A stretch of DNA of 64,000 nt, taken from assembly GCF_009914755.1 (NCBI RefSeq), contig NC_060946.1. One strand, written 5' to 3'. A program made the position numbers and the translations under genes. The notes beneath the pieces were generated by a model. The model worked only from the letters and a program-made list of their open reading frames with translations, made no database searches and was not told where the DNA came from. Of this stretch, positions 52,628-64,000 are shown piece by piece. The DNA comes from the human T2T-CHM13v2.0 reference genome, Homo sapiens. How positions within the stretch are numbered: the first letter of the stretch is position 1; each line of letters starts with the position of its first letter.

Positions 52628-53185
52628 TGTTTCACTTTCCTGTGGCTGCTGTCAGAAATGACCCGTAATTTAGAGGCTTAAAACATCACACATTGATTCT
52701 GTCCCTGGTCTGGAGGTCAGACGTCCAAAATGAATCGTAGAGTGCTAAAATCAGGGTGCCAGCCAGGCCAGGCTCCTTTGAGGGCTACGGAGAGAATCCG
52801 TGTCCAGGATTTTTCCAGCTTCTAGAGGATGCCCTGGGCTCCTGGCCCTTTCCTCCAACTTCAAAGCCAGAGCCAGCATCTTCAAATCTCTCCCACTCTT
52901 CTCTCTCTCTCTCTCTCTCCCCACCGCCTTCTCTCACCCTCCCTCCTTCTCTCCCTTTCTTGTCCTCCAGCCCCACACCTGCTGTCACTCTGACCCTCCT
53001 GCCTCCTCCTTTCCCTTATAAAGACCCCACCTTGGACCCACCCACATAACCCAGGATCATCTTCCACCTCAGGCCCCTTGACATCATCACATCTGTAAAG
53101 TCCCTGAGGCCACACAACACAGCACATGGACAGGTCCCGGGACTGGGACACAGCCGTCCCTGGGCCCTAATTCAGCCCAACCACA
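52628..53185 (-). mobile_element. MLT1C MaLR LTR
   Basis: tttcctgtggctgctgt...tctggaggtcagacgtccaaaat...attcagcccaaccaca. Confidence 0.8.
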
Positions 53186-53239
53186 GCTCCTTTCCTTCCT
53201 TCCTCTCTCCTTCTCTGGGTATAAGAAGGGAATGCAGAG

Positions 53240-54145
<906 letters not shown>

Positions 54146-54375
54146 GAGAGAAGTTGGTGGGTATGGATGTGTTTTTGAACTGGCAGAATTTTACTCTGTT
54201 CATTGGGGTATCAGGTATTGAGTCCCTATTGACCAGGTACTGTGCTAGGTGTGGCCATTACAGAAATCAGAAGCAGACACCAGCTCCATTGTGATGAGAC
54301 TCACTCGATCAGCCATTTCTGATGAACAGTGAGGTACCTTGACACTCACTGCTCACATTTGCAGGCTTTACTTAA

Positions 54376-57964
<3,589 letters not shown>

Positions 57965-58557
57965 GTGCCAGGGTTTTCTATTGAGTTTCTTGCCAAGGGT
58001 GACTTCCAATAACAATCCCCCCCTGCACTTTGCTTAGTTCTGGAAAGCTCAGGCCGCACAGGGTGAATAAAAGCCTGAGTAGTGCAGTCCCCATGGAGGG
58101 GCAGGGGTGCCACAAGGTGGGCAGCAGCTGGGATGGGCATTGTGAGGCACTGGGGGGGCTGTGGGGCTGGACATGGTGAGTCACTAGCCTGACCTGTTTC
58201 CTGGTAACCAGGTGACATAGGAAGCTTTGTGGGTTATAGGCATTAGCCAGGCCAGCAGCCCTCAGTCGGTAGCTGGCAGTGGAGGGAGGAGGAGCTCCGA
58301 CTGTGCTCTTTGACGGCAGTTTTTGTGCCTCTTGGCGCTTGTCGTGTTTCTTTTTGAGGTAAAACAGTAGGTCCCCGACCTCATAGACCATCCAGTTTGG
58401 GAGGTGGCGGCAGACTACGGGCTGAGGCCCCAGATCTGCCTGGGGTCAGGCTGCTTCTACAAGTGCAGGGCCACCCTCAGTAGTGTGGCTGCTAGGGCAG
58501 CACAGTTACAATTTCATCGAAGGCTCAGGCAGGAGTGGAGAGGAGTGTAGGTGCCCC

Positions 58558-58771
58558 ACGGGGAATATACTGACCTGTCGTGTGTGCCCCAAAGTCAGCT
58601 CCGACTGTGGCTGGCCCAGGGGGAAGGCAGCATCCAGTTATGAATCTGATATTTATGAGGCCGTGGCTGCTGCAACATCAGAATCCACTACCGTAGAGCC
58701 TGGCAAGCTGGATGTGGGAGCCACGGAGGGCCAAGACCTGCAGCACATCAGCAACCAAAAGATGCCCACAG
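58558..58771 (+). pseudogene. DRICH1 (C22orf43)-like exon 1, cyclin-Y-like N-terminus; initiator ATG>ACG
   Basis: (T)GNILTCRVCPKVSSDCGWPRGKAASSYESDIYEAVAAATSESTTVEPGKLDVGATEGQDLQHISNQKMPT(G) matches the recalled DRICH1 N-terminus (MGNILTCC...VAAATSESTTVEPGKLDVGATEGQDLQHISNQKMPTG); donor ACAG|gtaaaa (phase 1). Confidence 0.82.
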
Positions 58772-59060
58772 GTAAAAAAGCCACGGGTGCCGTTTACCCT
58801 CTGGCACACCTCTGGCCACCCCCACCCCCTTCCCTTACCCTCATCCCCAGAGACATCCTCAGCTTCCAGCTCCCTCCTGTCCATAGCCAGCTTTCCCAGG
58901 TCTGGGCATGGGGGACAAAGGCTGGCTCTGCCTCTTGCCTTAGACATTGAGGCTTTTTTGATCTAGTCTCTCCCTTTTCTCAATGAAAATTCAAATACCC
59001 CAATTTTGGAGTCCCCATCCCATTCTCTAGCCTCACCTATCCGGCCGGTTTGGTACCTAA

Positions 59061-60180
<1,120 letters not shown>

Positions 60181-61119
60181 AATTTTGGTAGAATTTTTTT
60201 TTTTTTTTTTTAACCAGTGAAATCATATGAATGTAGTGTTTTTGGTTTTTCCTTCTTTTGAAAGATTATTAATCATTGCTTCAATTTCTAAAATAAATAT
60301 AGGCCTATTCAGATGATCTATTTTTCCCCAGAAGACTTTTGGTCTTCTAAAATCGATAAAAAGGAATGAGCTCATTTCATCTATGTATCAAATTGTGGGC
60401 ATAGATGTGTTCAGAATATTCCTTTATTATTTTTTGATTTAACTGCTCTTCAATTGATGCTATTAGTACATTGTAACATCTTTCTTTCCTTTGTGGTTAG
60501 CCAAGGTAGAGGTTTATCAATGGTACTGATCTCAAAGAACTGGCTTTTTGTTTTATTGATTTTCTCGGATGATTTTCTGTTTTCTATTCCATTGATTTCT
60601 GCAAGAATTGTTTTTTAAGCTTAGAGTATGAATTTAGATTTTTCTCATTATTGACACCGCGTCATGAATGTAGTTCACTGAATTCAATCTCACTGAAATG
60701 TACACTAAATAATTAAAATAATATGTATGCTTCACCATAATTTAAAAAGTAAAACACGATAGGTGATAAATGTAGTAGCAGGATATGTAAATCCACAGAA
60801 TTAAATGGTCTTGTAACATTTTGAAAAATGAGGGGATTGGCCTGGACCTTCATATGGGCAGGAGGTGTGAGGAGATGCTCTCACAGAACCATACAGTGCC
60901 TTTCTGTATTAATCAGTTCTTAACGCTAATATTTCACATTTCTCCTCCTCTCCTTTGCTTTCCTTCCACACCAAAGAGAATGGTCCAGCAGCAGCTCAGT
61001 CCATGCTTGTCAACCACCCACCTCCATAGACTTCAGCGCTGGTCCCCACATCCCCCAAGGCTCCTAGTGGGATTCCTGAGAAGCACCAATGCACTGACTA
61101 TTACTCTATGTTCTCCTAG

Positions 61120-61181
61120 CTTCTGTTCTGGACCTGGAAGATATTGCGCTTGATATTGCGGAGGAGGTGTTATCTGAAATG
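61120..61181 (+). other. Candidate 62-nt internal exon in frame with the DRICH1-like exon 1
   Basis: branch-like CACTGAC, ctctatgttctcctag| acceptor, ATG|gtgaga donor; encodes (A)SVLDLEDIALDIAEEVLSEM. Confidence 0.4.
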
Positions 61182-61599
61182 GTGAGATGCATTCCTTCAT
61201 CTGGAAGAGAATTTTTTTTTTTTCTGGGGCTTCTTCCCTTATTAATGAAATGAAGACATAAAAGTCTGACCATATACATAACAGATGACTAAGACAATTT
61301 TCTTGGTGGGGGGAATATCAAGTGAATATCATTTTTGATTGCCATTGTCAATCAAGCTTCAGTTGATCAAGCTTCAGTTGGTCATGGACTCTAGTGACCA
61401 GCCATGAGTTTATGAACAACTGAGGCCTAATTGATGATGACAGTAAAAAATGACAGCATTACCTACAAACTGTCTGGTAGTGAGCATATTTTTTAGTAGC
61501 AACTTTTTCTTCTTGAAAAATAATTTTGTATTTGCCAGCCAACATGGACTTGCAAATATTCCATGAAAACCCATTGCCCAAAATTCCTACCGTATGTAT

Positions 61600-62078
61600 T
61601 TATTATTTTTAAAAAAAGCTTTATTGAGAAATAGTTGACATGCAAAACAATTCACCCATTTAAAGTGGGTGATTCAGTGTTTTTACTGTATTTACAGGGT
61701 TGTGCAACCATTGTACAATCTCATTTTAGAACGTTTTCATTCCTCCACGAAGAAACCCTGTATCCATTAGTGGTTACTCCTCTCTTTTTCCAACCCCCAC
61801 ACCTCTGGCGATAGGAAGCCACTCATCTACTTTCTATTGCTGTAGATTTGCCTACTCCGGCCGTTTCTTTTTTAACTTGTTTTTTTTTTTTTTTTTTTTT
61901 TAAGTTCTGAGATACATGTGCAGGATGTACAGGTTTGTTACATAGGTAAAAGTGTGCCATGGTGGTTTGCTGCACCTGTCAAACCATCACCTAGGTATTA
62001 AGCCCTGCATGCATTTGCTGTTTATCCAGATGCTCTCCCTTCCCCTGCCCCGACAGGCCCGAGTGTGTCTTGTTCTCT
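61600..62078 (-). mobile_element. L1MB 3' end followed by L1PA7/8-like 3'UTR fragment (61880-62078)
   Basis: polyT plus gatacatgtgcaggatgtacaggtttgttacataggtaa...catggtggtttgctgcacc. Confidence 0.85.
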
Positions 62079-63113
62079 TCTCTAACACCGTATATATCCT
62101 AAGACCACTCCCTTGCTGATACAAATCTAAGTGATGGGTTGTGGGGGGCTCTATTCCCTGCTTTTGTCTGGAGAGCCTGCCTGGCCTCAGGTTCCTGATA
62201 GGAGTGAGGACCTGGAGTGCACTGTGAGAAACAGATGGCTCAGTGAAGAACTGTCATCATCCACTGGAGTCCCTGGAAACAGCCGTATCATTTAGATGGT
62301 GTGGGTTTGTGTGCATGAGGGTTGGGAGTTAGCTAGGGATGAATTAATGTGTAGTGATTGTGAATGTGTTTGTAAATGTGTGTTTTTCCCCTAAAATGTG
62401 GACCCGCATGCCCAGCACAGTGCAAGTGTCAGTTTTCTTGAATTCCTGGCCTATGGTGGTCCTCTCACCTCAGCCTCCCGAGTCATGTCATTCTTCTAAT
62501 AAAAAGGAAGAAAAACTTCAACACCACCATATACTTTACATAAATGACCTCTTTACTCCCTCACCACAGCTGTACCTGAAGGTCAGTTTAATATCCCTAC
62601 TCCTTATATGGAGAGAGTGCAGAAAGGAATGAACCCAGATTTTGACCTCCTGAATGGAAAAGGCAAAAGTGAACCCAGAAATGGGTCCCGATGTTGATGG
62701 TCTGTATTACTTAACTGTGTCAGCACTCAGGCTTGGTGATATGACCCTACACCAGGGAGTTCCAGCACCTATGTGTGCCCCTGGTAGTGGTAGTGGATGG
62801 CCTATAAGCGTGCCAAACATTGCCCATCATCAAATGGGGCCCCATTGGTCACATAACCCTGGGTAGCAAAAGGTACACGGAACAATAGACGTTGGCATGG
62901 ACATTACTGTGAAATATACATAGAAAGCCCACAGGCTTCTGGTCAGCTCACAGATTCTGAGAAGTGTAAGGGATCACATGGAATAGTGCAGGTCAACATC
63001 TGTCAGTGCTGCGATCATTCCTTAGCACTTGGTCAAAGCAGGGAAGGATCAGGAAGATATTGCATTGTATTTAGTAACATGAGTACCTCAAGCCTTAGAA
63101 ATGCTCCAATCCA

Positions 63114-63939
<826 letters not shown>

Positions 63940-64000
63940 TCACAGTTAGTACTCATATCTCTTAGACCCCTTCTGAGTAGGAGTGAACAGGACCTGGCCT

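Overview
This is human (hominid) DNA. Its content matches the 22q11.23 segmental-duplication mosaic around IGLL3P; the locus was recognised from memory, not by alignment. No intact known protein-coding gene is present. Three gene fragments lie in tandem on the + strand. (1) A 5' partial copy of GRK3/ADRBK2: CpG-island promoter, exon 1 at 14112-14224 with ATG changed to GTG, exon 2 at 31888-31964, and no exon 3 seen. (2) The lambda5/IGLL1 pseudogene IGLL3P: J-like exon 49300-49415 and C-lambda-like exon 50807-51126, with an open frame but no leader exon. (3) A DRICH1-like first exon at 58558-58771 (ATG changed to ACG) whose peptide resembles the cyclin-Y-like CCNYL1 N-terminus. The rest is repeat-dense: about 40 Alus, a full-length SVA, a twin-primed L1, THE1/MST/MLT1/ERV1 LTRs, L2, MIR and MER elements. 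The most interesting inference is that the GRK3-like exons are splice-phase compatible with the promoterless IGLL3P exons, predicting in-frame GRK3::lambda5 chimeric mRNAs. Expression is not shown by the sequence. Most ORFs in the supplied track are Alu, SVA or GC-rich artefacts.
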